Part shown: in pieces, positions 36,360 through 47,935 of the stretch
How positions within the stretch are numbered: the stretch's first letter is position 1
Layout: the number at the start of each line of letters is the position of its first letter
NCBI RefSeq assembly: GCF_006345805.1
Contig: NC_042997.1
Coordinates: 44,330,001 to 44,394,000 of the forward strand
Origin: Octopus sinensis
Taxonomy: Eukaryota
Direction: 5' to 3'
DNA: 64,000 nucleotides
The notes under the pieces: model-generated
Told to the model about the DNA's origin: nothing
The model's database searches: none
What the model saw: only the letters and a program-made list of their open reading frames with translations
Program-made: the position numbers and the translations under genes

Positions 36360-36604
36360 CACGGTTTTTATGCCCCATGGTCGTAACTTCAACCGTGCTT
36401 TTTCTGTTGTGATTTTTGCTACCCAGGTATCGGTTACCATTTGAATTATCCGTAATAAGATAATTCATTTATCTACTTCAATAATTATATATATGAATTA
36501 TCTATTACGGATAATTCAAATGGTAACCGATACCTGGGTAGCAAAAATCACAACAGAAAAAGCACGGTTGAAGTTACGACCATGGAGCATAAAAACCGTG
36601 CCTT
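36356..36604. repeat. Palindrome, about 110-bp arms, between (TA)n tracts
   Basis: AAGGCACGG..CCGTGCCTT; about 2 differences between arms. Confidence 0.93.
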
Positions 36605-36638
36605 AGTGCGGAAATTTGAAGTTTTATATATTATATAT

Positions 36639-36674
<36 letters not shown>

Positions 36675-36695
36675 AGTATATATATATATATAAGC

Positions 36696-36763
<68 letters not shown>

Positions 36764-36766
<3 letters not shown>

Positions 36767-37150
36767 AGTGGCTGTGTGGTAAGTAGCTTGCTAACCAACC
36801 ACATGGTTCCGGGTTCAGTCCCACTGCATGGCATCTTGGGCAAGTGTCTTCTGCTATAGCCCCGGGCCGACCAATGCCTTGTGAGTGGATTTGGTAGATG
36901 GAAACTGAAAGAAGCCTGTCGTATATATGTATATATATATAAGTGTGTGTGTATATGTTTGTGTGTCTGTGTTTGTCCCCCTAGCATTGCTTGACAACCG
37001 ATGCTGGTGTGTTTACGTCCCCGTCACTTAGCGGTTCAGCAAAAGTGACCGATAGAATAAGTACTTGGCTTACAAAGAATAAGTCCCGCGGTGCTCCAGC
37101 ATGGCCGTAGTCAAATGACTGAAACAAGTAAAAGAGTAAAAAAGAAAAGA
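36764..37150 (+). mobile_element. SINE family B directly after (TA)n
   Basis: Family match. Confidence 0.92.
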
Positions 37151-37159
37151 GTATATATA

Positions 37160-37345
37160 TGTTAGAAGGCTTGGAGATGATGTACTGGTATTATATATTA
37201 GAAGAAATGAGGTACTCAGAAATCTGGATGGTTTTATATTTACAGATATTTATTTGTATATTACATTTTTTATAAATCATATATATTAGTGCTTGCATCC
37301 ACTCTAGTGGAGTCATCAGATTGAACTTTTTCAGGAATTTTGTCT
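37160..37345 (-). mobile_element. TA-associated cassette with decayed hammerhead-like motif; same family as 55868-56520
   Basis: Shares TTAGAAGAAATGAGGTACTCAG..GGATGGTTTTATATTTACAG; minus strand has CTGATGA-C-TCCAC(TAGA)GTGGA-T-GCAA-GCAC-TA. Confidence 0.7.
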
Positions 37346-37989
37346 CTTTTTATAGTATTATTGAGTGTGTAGGGGTTGAGAGAGATATAAGATAGTACAA
37401 GAGGGTGAAGAATGGGGAGAAAGTGAGAGAGAGAGTGTGTGTGTGTGTGTATGTGTGTGCTTTTATATCTGAAAGGAGCGTCAATGGAAAAGAGAAGGAA
37501 AGGAAGAAGGAGGAGAGAAAGAAGAAAAAATGTGCTGACATCTTTGCAGCTGGTCAGTCTTTCAATAGTAAATGATTCTTGGCTTTTAGAAATGGCAAAC
37601 CCAGCTGGTCACTTCAAGGGGGGTAAAAGTTATTTTTCAAAAAATTGTCTGGATTTCTTTTTATCATTGGGTAGAAAAATACAGGGAACTCATAGATAAA
37701 CGTTTCAAAACAGACTTTATCACCAAAGCCACCCAATTAATACTTGAAGAAAGCACATTCTTATTTAACAACAAGACATACGGACAGATAAATAAACGAT
37801 AAGAGAACTAAATTTTCAATATTATAGTTAAAATAGAGGAGGAAGCCACTGCTTGCTAAATATCTTAATCTTACATATCAAGTGGCCTGAACTCTTTACA
37901 TGAACACCACCCTGTATATAACTCCATGTCCCCCTACATGGCCTTGCTTTTTTGCTTTTTGAGCCAAAAAATTAACTAACTAACTAACT

Positions 37990-38742
37990 ATATAAAATCC
38001 ATTCTGTCTGTGTGTGTGTGTGTCTTCTAGGATCTCGGGCATCCTCCATCTGATTGCGCTCAAATTTGATATGTAGATACCGACGGTATCAGGGCATGTA
38101 TAAATCTTGAAAAAATTACAAAGATTGATTCCAGGTGAGAATGCGATCGATAAAGTGAACAAAATAGGCACAGGAGTGGCTGTGTGGTAAGTAGCTTGCT
38201 AACCAACCACATGGTTCCGGGTTCAGTCCCACTGCGTAGAATCTTGGGCAAGTGTCTTCTAGTATAGCCCTGGGCCAACCAATGCCTTGTGAGTGGATTT
38301 GGTAGACGGAAACTGAAAGAAGCCTGTCGTATACATGTATATATATATATATGTATGTGTGTCTGTGTTTGTCCCCCTAGCATTGCTTGACAACCGATGC
38401 TGGTGTGTTTATGTCCCTGTCACTTAGCGGTTTGGCAAAAGAGACCGATAGAATAAGTACTGGGCTTACAAAGAATAAGTCCCGGGGTCGATTTACTCGA
38501 CTAAAGGTGGTGCTCCAGCATGGCCACAGTCAAATGACTGAAACAAGTAAAAGGGTAAAAGAGTAAAAGAGTAAAAATCGGTTTTATTTCTTCTTTTGCT
38601 GGTGTCTCAGATTTAGCTTAAATCAGTGTTTCTCAAAGAGGACGCCTAAGGGACGGTCAGACAAGTTGTTTTGAGAAAATTTGGTTTAAATGTTTGACAA
38701 CTCAGCACCGTCCATTGGACGGGGGGGGGGGCGTTTTGCTTG
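37990..38742 (+). mobile_element. Helitron-like element interrupted by SINE B, with internal deletion
   Basis: Homologous to 44161-44749; 3' hairpin CCGTCC-ATT-GGACGG, then CTTG|T. Confidence 0.75.
38168..38575 (+). mobile_element. SINE family B
   Basis: Family match. Confidence 0.92.
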
Positions 38743-38799
38743 TATAAGTATATGTATGTTTTTTGTTTGAGTTTTATTTAAGTTCTTAACAGAGTACAA

Positions 38800-39161
38800 G
38801 CTGGTCGCTAACAAAGAGATAAGATTTTTTGAGCTAAGATGCATTCCTTTCCTTCTTGGGACACAAAACTCCACTTGTGAAGACTTGTTGAGGCAAGTGA
38901 AAATCAAAATCATAATCTGATACCAGTGCCGGTGGCACGTAAGAGAACCATCCAAACGTGGCCGTAGCCAGCGCCGTCCGACTGGCCTCCGTGCCGGTGG
39001 CACGTAAAAAGCACCCACTACACTAACGGAGTGGTTGGCGTTAGGAAGGGCATCCAGCTGTAGAAACACTGCCAGATCTGACTGGGCCTGATGCAGCCTT
39101 CTGGCTTCACAGACCCCAGTTAAACCGTCCAACCCATGCTAGCATGGAAAGCGGACGCTAA

Positions 39162-39198
<37 letters not shown>
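38800..39198 (+). mobile_element. RTE 3' UTR (second subfamily) with (GAT)n tail
   Basis: Shares CCTTTCCTTCTTGGGACACAAAACTCCACTTGTGAAG with 54918-55572. Confidence 0.88.
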
Positions 39199-39199
<1 letters not shown>

Positions 39200-39269
39200 G
39201 ATGTTTGTAAATATGTAATTGTTTTGGTGTTTTGATTGAGCTGTTGATTAACATGGCCAGGTGTATGCA

Positions 39270-39490
39270 CCTATTCACCTGAAGGATCTCAGGTAAAGAA
39301 ATTTGAGAATGTTGAGTATTTCTTATTCCAATGTTCTTTTGGTCTCTTCATGTAGCCTATCGAGGGAACCTCCTTAGCCTTTCTGTAGAACTGATGTAGG
39401 TCCTGGTTCAGTTCAAAAGTCTGCTAGAATGTTTCTCAATAGTTTCACGGTCTGCAACGGCTGACTCTGGATTCTTTCATCCCTATGGTG
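39270..39490 (-). mobile_element. RLE-type LINE N-terminal fragment
   Basis: DLHQFYRKAKEVPSIGYMKRPKEHWNKKY resembles the GYMKR..W N-terminal motif of R4/HERO-like ORFs (from memory). Confidence 0.55.
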
Positions 39491-39696
39491 TATGGAGAGT
39501 AATTTTCCACATGGTATGCATTTCACTGTTTGATTACAGCTACAATCTTTGAAAAAAGAAAAATGATTGTTTCTTTGCATTTACTGAAAGAAGATGACCA
39601 TTTCTTTTAATGGTAAAGATTATAGAGAATAGTATTCATTATCTGGGGGAATGAATAGTCCTCTATACCACCAGTGTGTCTGTATTTGATGCCATT

Positions 39697-39817
39697 ATGT
39701 GTGTGTGTGTGTGTGTGTGTGTGCGTGGTGTATGTGTGCATGGTGTGTGTGTGTGTGTGTGTGTATGCGTGGTGTATGTGTGCATGGTGTGTGTGTGTGT
39801 GTATGTGTGCATGGTGT

Positions 39818-39855
<38 letters not shown>

Positions 39856-39885
39856 GTGTGTGTGTGTGTGTGTGTGTGTGCACGC
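39697..39885. repeat. (TG)n compound microsatellite
   Basis: Direct. Confidence 0.95.
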
Positions 39886-40349
39886 ACATGTTTGTTACTC
39901 TCTCCTTGCCTCGACTTGTGTGATAGAAGTAAACGAGTTTCACCCTCAAGCAAGCTCCGTTGTTCTCTTCCAATCTTCCATGAAAAGATGTCAGGCCATG
40001 GCAAAAAAATTAACTTACTGGAGACAGGTGAGGGTTGGTGGCAGGAGGGGCAGTCTCCCCATAAAAACACAATTCAACAAAATTCTGTTCAACGCATGTA
40101 AGCAAGGAACAGTAAATGTTAAAATGATGTTGACGATGTGTAACTGGCTTTCTCATTTGGCTTGCATGATTTTGGTCATTCCAGGGGTTATAGGAGAAGA
40201 AATTTGCCCAAGGAATCACACAGTGAGTCTAAACCTGAAACCAAATGGGGAAGACTTATCTTTATCCCTCTAGAGTCAGATGAAAAGCTAAGATTAATCC
40301 TATAGTAATTTCAAATACCACCTTTCATTCGTCTGGGTTAATAAAATAC

Positions 40350-40748
40350 CTTTTTCTTTACTACCCACAAGGGGCTAAATACAGAGGGGACAAACAAGGA
40401 CAGACAAACGGATTAAGTCGATTAACTGGTACTTAATTTATCGACCCCGAAAGGATGAAAGGCAAAGATGACCTCGGCGGAATTTGAACTCAGAACGTAA
40501 CGGCAGACGAAATACCTATTTCTTTATTACCCACAAGGGGCTAAACATAGAAGGGACAAACAAGGACAGACATAGGTATTAAGTCGATTACATCGACCCC
40601 AGTGCGTAACTGGTACTTAATTTATCGACCCCGAAAGGATGAAAGGTAAAGTCGACCTGGGCGGAATTTGAACTCAAAACGTAATGGCAGACGAAATACC
40701 ACTAAGCATTTCGGCCAGCGTGCTAACATTTCTGCCAGCTCGCCGCCT
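40350..40748 (-). mobile_element. SINE family A tandem dimer
   Basis: Full unit 40515-40748 followed by a 5'-truncated unit. Confidence 0.9.
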
Positions 40749-41582
40749 TTGAGTCAATAAAATACCAGCCAGTCATTTATGGAGTTGCCAAATCAATATC
40801 AGCTATGTTCACTCCTTACAAATTTGTAACCTTGATGCAAAGTTAATAATCATTGTGGTAAAAGAAGACCATAACAGTGAGACAGGAGGGGAGATTATTT
40901 ACAGAATGTGACAGCCTCTGTAGAGTAAACAAGAGGTAAATGTTTGGTTATTTGATTTTGGTCTGCTGATAAGGATAAAGGCATGAATGTCATACAATCT
41001 CAATTGCCTTCATTTCACATGTGTTTCTTGTGTTATTTATGTTGCATCATTGCATGAATGATTACAGAATGAACCCCAGGGTGGGTATTACTGAGAGTAT
41101 AACAAAAATCATATGTCTTGGTAAATGTTGCATGCCCTAAGGGGGTCAATTGCTCAGCCTTACGTGAAAGACACAATGAAACCATCAATAAAACCAGTTG
41201 GCAGTTGGTGGAGGGGGGGGGGCGAGAATGTATGAGAGAAGTTAATGTCAAGAAGGGAACAGTAAAGATAGAGGAGGAGATATTTAAAGAGTAAGTGGGA
41301 GACGGTAGAGACATATATAACAGAGAGAGAGAGAAGGACAGTTTGTGGAAGTGGAAATGAAAAAGAATAAGCTATATGAGTCACACATACCTTACTGTTT
41401 TTTATTTGTCCGTTGTTCTCTCTCTCTTTCTCTCTCTCTCTTTAATTTATTCTTTTTACATTTATGCCTTCTCCTGCTACTCTTTAATTATGTCCTCCTT
41501 TGTTTTTACAATTTGCTTGTTTATGTTAAATTTTCTATATATTCTCACACTCTCACTATCTTATTCACATATATATATTTTC

Positions 41583-41636
<54 letters not shown>

Positions 41637-42074
41637 TTACTATAAAGGTTGACTGTAGCTTTGAGGTTTCCCCAGAGAGGCTTCTCAAATAGTAATTTGT
41701 GAAATACTTATTTAAGAAGTACTAGATTTAGGGGTAAGAAAGTAGTAGCAGAAATGTGGCTGGGATTGGTCAAAGTATTTAAGTTATAATTGACTAAATT
41801 AGCTTGTATAAAAAAAAATCCATTATATGTAACAAAAGCAGTATTTGACTAAAATAGCCCTCTATGTAAATACACCTTTGAAAAGCAAATTTACTGTGGT
41901 ATTTGTCTGGAAATAACATCTCTTATGAACCTGCTGTATATATATATCAGAGAGAGAAAACAATAATCCTAGCAACTAGTAGTGAAAATAGCATATGCAT
42001 TTCTGCCATCTTGGGCTTTGTCAATGGTACATACACACAGCCAGCTACATGCTTAGATGAAATTTGTTACCACT

Positions 42075-42506
42075 AATTGTGGCCGAAGCCAGTGCCGCCT
42101 CGACTGGCTTCCGTGCAGGTGGCACGTAAAATGCACCAATCCGACCATGGCCGATGCCAGCCTCGCCTGGCACCAGTGCAGGTGGCACGTAAAATGCACC
42201 AATCCGACCATGGCCGATGCCAGCCTCGCCTGGCACCAGTGCAGGTGGCACGTAAAATGCACCAATCCGACCATGGCCGATGCCAGCCTTGTCTGGCACC
42301 AGTGCAGGTGGCACGTAAAAAGCACCCACTACACTCACGGAGTGGTTGGCGTTAGGAAGGGCATCCAGCTGTAGAAACACTGCCAGATAAGACCGGAGCC
42401 TGGTGCAGCCTTCTGGCTTCCCAGATCCCCGGTCGAACCGTCCAACCCATGCTAGCATGGAGAACGGACGTTAAACAATGATGATGATGATGATGATGAT
42501 GATGAT
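42075..42506 (+). mobile_element. RTE 3' UTR with three near-identical 63-bp units
   Basis: Units start at 42113, 42176, 42239 and 42302 (partial). Confidence 0.93.
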
Positions 42507-42762
42507 TATAAGAAAACAGTAAATGGATATTTATTGGTGTTGCTAATAGCTGCCCAGGAGAATCAAATCTGTTATATGCAACAGAAGCAGTTTATCTACT
42601 GCTTTCTTCTATATCAGCAAGCAACAAATTTCATCTAAGCTATTGACAATGCGCAAGGATGCAGAAATACATCAAGCTTCTTCACTAGCTGCTGCTCCTG
42701 GAGTGATTGTCATCTCCCTCTGACATCTATGGGATTTTTAAATACACACATCCATATCCTCT

Positions 42763-42900
42763 GCAGATGAATGCTGCAGGGAAGGCATATGGCCTAGAAG
42801 TTAGGGTGTTACCCTCATGATCGCCAGATCATGGGTTTAATCCCCGTAGTGGGTAGCATGTTGTGTTCTTGAGCAAAGCACTTCATTTCACATTGTTCTG
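42763..42900 (+). mobile_element. tRNA-head plus CORE-like SINE fragment (family D)
   Basis: TGGCCTAGAAGTTAG..GGGTTTAATCCC..TGTGTTCTTGAGCAAAGCACTT. Confidence 0.65.
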
Positions 42901-43007
42901 TGGGCGGAAGAGTGACAGAATTATTGGCACATCACAAAGATGCTTTACAGCATATGTTCTGGATCTCAACATTGTGAATTCAAATCCCATCTTCCTGGTG
43001 AAAGTAG

Positions 43008-43195
43008 TCATCATCATCATCGTTTAACGTCCGTTCTCCATGCTAGCATGGGTTGGACGGTTCGACCGGGGATCTGGGAAACCAGAAGGCTGCACCAGGC
43101 TCCGGTCTTATCTGGCAATGTTTCTACAGCTGGATGCCCTTCCTAATGCCAACCACTCCGTGAGTGTAGTGGGTGCTTTTTATGTGCCACCTGCA
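43008..43195 (-). mobile_element. RTE 3' UTR terminal fragment
   Basis: Family match with (CAT)n tail. Confidence 0.88.
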
Positions 43196-44073
43196 TATCA
43201 TCATCAAAATTCCAGTAATCTACTTAACAGCAACAGGAGAGGGTGTCGGCCTTCTCAGGTCATATAGAGAATCCTGGAGAAGATTCACATGCACAGGGCC
43301 TGCCCAAGGGCTGCCCACCACTATGCTAGAATGCTACAGTAAATTTGTCTTTCAATGATATAGATTGAGTATAATATCAAGATTGCTATTTTAATCTAAT
43401 GCTGCTTCTATTGCATATAATAGATTTTTATTCATCTGAGCAGCTATTCACAACATTAGGGAATGTCATTCACTGTTTTTCCAATATATTAGTGGCAATT
43501 TTGTCTACGTATGAGGTTGGCAGTGAGTACACACTGTTGATAACAACCTAAAGAGACAGAAATGCAGCTAGGATTCCCATTTGTTGCTGCTGATATAGGT
43601 TGTGCTTTGAAACACAAGACATCCATAAGAGATATTAACAGTGGACAAATACTGCAGTGAATTTGCCTTTCACCTATGTATTTAGATGTGTACTTAGCTA
43701 TCTAAATAATTGGTAGTGTTATGATCAGTAGTGGAAATGGGTTTTAGAAATTAAGTATATGTTAAGGCTGTATACAGGATTTATGCTCAAGGATCACAGA
43801 AGGATCCATCAGGAATGATGAAAATGGTCTTTTGACAATCTTTTGATTTCTGAATTCAGTTTTGAATAAGCACATTCATTCTTAAGAATGCTATAATATA
43901 CATGATTATATCTAGTTTCTTAAAACTGCTCATGGATCTAGTATCATCCTACGAATTTAATATTTATGACATATCTTGCTTTTAATGACTAGTTGCTTAC
44001 AGATGACTTTGAGCAAATTCATGTGTGGGTTCACAGCTTAGCAACCTATAATCACAAGGATTATAGATTGCTA

Positions 44074-44160
<87 letters not shown>

Positions 44161-44162
<2 letters not shown>

Positions 44163-44746
44163 TCTTTTATAAAATCCGTTCTGTCTGTCTTCAAGGATCT
44201 TGGGCACCCTCCATCCGATTGTGCTCAAATTTGATATGTAGATACCGACGGTATCAGGGCGTGTATAAGTCTTGAAAAAATGACAAAAATCGATTCCAGG
44301 TGAGAATGCCCTCGATAAACCATGGGAACGTGCATTTGTATGCGCAAGTACATCAGCTGTTGTGATTGATACTACACGTATGCGAGAAAAATGCACGTGC
44401 AGTTTGCGCAAAAAAAGTTGCTTGGTTTGAAATAATGCCACAAAATGCAGTATATTTAAGAGACCAAAAAAGAAAGATGCAAAAGAGATATTTTCTTCAA
44501 ACTTGGCATGAAGGAAGGAAAGACTATTTGGTTTCTCAAGAAGTTTTTCTTTGGATAAAATCATTTTTCTTTGGAATAGAAAAAAAGTCTATCTTTATTT
44601 CTTCTTTTGCTGGTGTCTCAAATTTAGGTTAAATCAGTGTTTCTCAAAGGGGAGGCCTATGGATGGTTGGACAAGTTGTTTTGAGAAAATTTGGTTTAAA
44701 TGTTTGACAACTCAGCATTGTCCATTGGATGGGGGGGGCGTTTTGC

Positions 44747-44749
<3 letters not shown>
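44161..44749 (+). mobile_element. Helitron-like non-autonomous element between (TA)n tracts
   Basis: A|TC start, CTGTCTGTC near the 5' end, decayed 3' hairpin and CTTG end. Confidence 0.75.
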
Positions 44750-44801
<52 letters not shown>

Positions 44802-45105
44802 CTTACCACTGTCACCACCACCACCACCTCAATAGTAATAGATTACACCTAACACCAAAATAACATTTTTGTTGTTGCTGCTGTTGTTGTTGTTGTTGTT
44901 GTTGTTGTTAAGGAAGTGATGTGGCATATTTGATTGGTTAGTTCGATGTCACTTAGTTACAACTCTTTACATCATGGGTTCAAACCCTGGCAAGCCTGAA
45001 TTTGACTTACTTCCTACTGGCGGGTCCCATCAAAAAAATTTAAGAACCAGTCAAACATATTTTGGTTTACTAACTTTCTCCCCAACACATACACTTACAT
45101 ATATG

Positions 45106-45500
45106 GCGCAGGAGTGGCTGTGTGGTAAGTAGCTTGCTAACCAACCACATGGTCCCGGGTTCAGTCCCACTGCATGGCACCTTGGGCAAGTGTCTTCTGC
45201 TATAGCCCCGGGCCGACCAATGCCTTGTGAGTGGATTTGGTAGACGGAAACTGAAAGAAGCCTGTCGCATATATGTATATATACATATGCATGTTTGTGT
45301 GTCTGTGTTTGTCCCCCTAGCATTGCTTGACAACCGATGCTGGTGTGTTTACGTCCCCGTCACTTAGCGGTTCGGCAAAAGAGACCGATAGAATAAGTAC
45401 TGGGCTTACAAAAGAATAAGTCCCGGGGTCGATTTGCTCGACTAAAGGCGGTGCTCCAGCATGGCCACAGTCAAATGACTGAAACAAGTACAAAAAAAAA
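45106..45500 (+). mobile_element. SINE family B
   Basis: Family match. Confidence 0.93.
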
Positions 45501-45981
45501 AAATATATATATATATATCAATTTAATATACATCTGAAAGAGTTACTAATAGTTTCATGCTTTTATAATATTTGAACAGGCATGTTTGTATGTAGACTCT
45601 TGGTAATTTTTATAAGTTATAATGTATAACTCCTCTAGTGGTGGTGATGATTATGATGGTTCATTAAACGGGCCAAACTTTACCCATTGGTTCTGTATAA
45701 AAATATTTCACATTTGGTAATAAAATACAGAAGCCCTTCAAAAATGTTAGTAATATTCAATATTAGTATAACAAATTAATGATAGAATATTTCTATTACC
45801 AAATACTTTCCTTCTTTGAAACCTCTTTTTTATTGGATAAATTCATTTACCTTTTTTTAAATATAAAATATTATCTGAAGAGCAAATTGTTTATGTTTGT
45901 CTTATAGCGATGATTATATTTGAGATTACAGAGATGTACTTGCATAGCAAGTGTCCTGATCTGAGATCGTGTGCTGGAACA

Positions 45982-46271
45982 AAAGCAATTGCAGCGTGGA
46001 AGGTGTTTATAAGCCATTTAAGAAACACACAAAATCCGTTAGATTCACTCCAACGTTTGAATTTAATTTGTCAAAATATTTTCATCTCCTTGAGACCATG
46101 ACCTATTCAATGACAAAATTCCGGCAGCATGGAACTTTGCCAGTGAACAGGTCACGGTCTCAAAGCGACGAAAATATTCCGACAAATTAAATTTAGATGT
46201 TGAAGTGAATCAAACGGATTTTGTGCGTTTCTTAAATGGCTTATAAACACCTTCCACGCTGCAATTGCTTT
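45982..46271. mobile_element. Fold-back/MITE-like element, about 128-bp arms
   Basis: AAAGCAATTGCAGCGTGGAAGG..CCTTCCACGCTGCAATTGCTTT; outer 50 bp near perfect, inner part diverged. Confidence 0.88.
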
Positions 46272-46417
46272 ATATTTGAAATGAAATTGTAAAATGATCT
46301 GGAGAGAGAACAGCATATTTGTAACTAATAAAGTAAAGTTTTATATTACAAATGAATAAATGATTAAATTTTTGATTTAAACAATGTGTGAATAATATGA
46401 ATAAACAAAGAACTCCC

Positions 46418-46682
46418 CTGGCACCTGTGCCGGTGGCACGTAAAAAGCACCATCCGTCCGTGGCCGTTTGCCAGCTCCGTCTGGCACCTGTGCGGGTGGC
46501 ACGTAAAAAGCACCCACTACACTCTCAGAGTGGTTGGCGTTAGAAAGGGCATCCAGCTGTAGAAACACTGCCAGATCAGACTGGAGCCTGGTGCAGCCCC
46601 TGGCTTCCCAGACCCCGGTCGAACCATTCAACCCGTGCTAGCGCGGAAAACGTACGTTAAACGATGATGATGATGATGATGA
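46418..46682 (+). mobile_element. RTE 3' UTR
   Basis: Family match. Confidence 0.9.
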
Positions 46683-47127
46683 AAGAACATTTTTTCTTGT
46701 GCAGCTATAGAGATTTCTTCAAATGCTCAACTACCATGCTCAACCACAAATGCTCATATGCATGACTGAGTCATTTCCACTCAAATACCTTCAAGAAAAA
46801 ACTAGATAACCCTTCTGATGTGCCTGCTCCTTTAACCTTTCATTGGGAATAGGACCCCCAATAATTTGTATATTACACATGAAGGTTAGCAGGATTGATC
46901 AAATTTCTACTGGTTTACAATATAAGGATTAGCCAGTGATTTTGCAGAGTTATTGAAACATTGAATAAGGAGTTTTGTGGAATTTGTTCCAAATCTCTGC
47001 ACTTGGAGTTCAAATCTAACCAGAGTCAATGTTGCTTTTCATCCTTTCTAGATTGATAGAAATGTACCGATCTACAATGCAACTGTAAGAATGTTGGACC
47101 AAATACCTTGCAATATTTATTCCAGCT

Positions 47128-47315
47128 AAGGCAGCAAGCTGGCAGAGCCGTCAGCATGCACGTAAACTGCTTAGTGGCATTTTGTCTGTCTTTAAGTTCT
47201 GGGTTCAAATTCTTTCATCCTTTTGAGGCTGATAAAATAAGTACGTGTTGAACATTGGGGTCAATGTTACCCACTCCCTGAAATTGCAGGCCTTGTGCCA
47301 AAATTTGAAATCAAT
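47128..47315 (+). mobile_element. SINE family A, diverged
   Basis: Family match; degenerate partial inverted piece at about 47000-47060. Confidence 0.75.
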
Positions 47316-47689
47316 ATTTATTCCAGCCTCTTTGCATTGCATTCTGAATTCAAATCCCACCCTGGCCTACTTGGGTGGTATAGTTAATCGATTATTTGAT
47401 CTAATACTCCTACTTGGTACCTTAGATGACCATCAGAATCCATTGTTGCTGCAGGCATTTGGGCCATGTCCTCAATTTGAGGATTTCTGTCTCTCTCCTT
47501 CTTATCAGTCTCAGATAAGTACCCTAACCACAAAGCCATGTACTTTCATTCTCCTGACTAATAGAAAAATCATGTGATAATAGCTTTAGTTATATATTTA
47601 TCTTTAAAGAAGGAAAATATTGAATAATCATGAAAGTATATAAAGAAAGAAAGTATTCAATAATCCTTTTTCAACTCTTGTCAAGGCCA

Positions 47690-47850
47690 GATCTTAATCA
47701 ATTACATCGACCCCAGTGTTCAACTTTATTGATCACAGAAGGATGAAAGGCAAAGATGACCTCAGTGAAATTTGAATTCAGAGTAGAAAGATGGATGAAA
47801 TGCTTCTAAGCATTTTGTCTGGCATTCTGACAATTCCGCCAGCTCACCCT
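47690..47850 (-). mobile_element. SINE family A, diverged
   Basis: Family match. Confidence 0.75.
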
Positions 47851-47935
47851 TTTGAAAGGATTCAATAAGGAAAACATTCTCTGCACTTATCTGCAATATT
47901 ACTGAAATGTTAATTAAATTCAACTTTAGAAATAA

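Noticed and set aside
42113-42320. CRISPR-like repeat-spacer appearance of the GGCACGTAAAAAGCACC units
   Set aside because: The linkers are homologous to one another rather than unique spacers, the array lies in a LINE 3' UTR, the context is eukaryotic and there are no cas genes.
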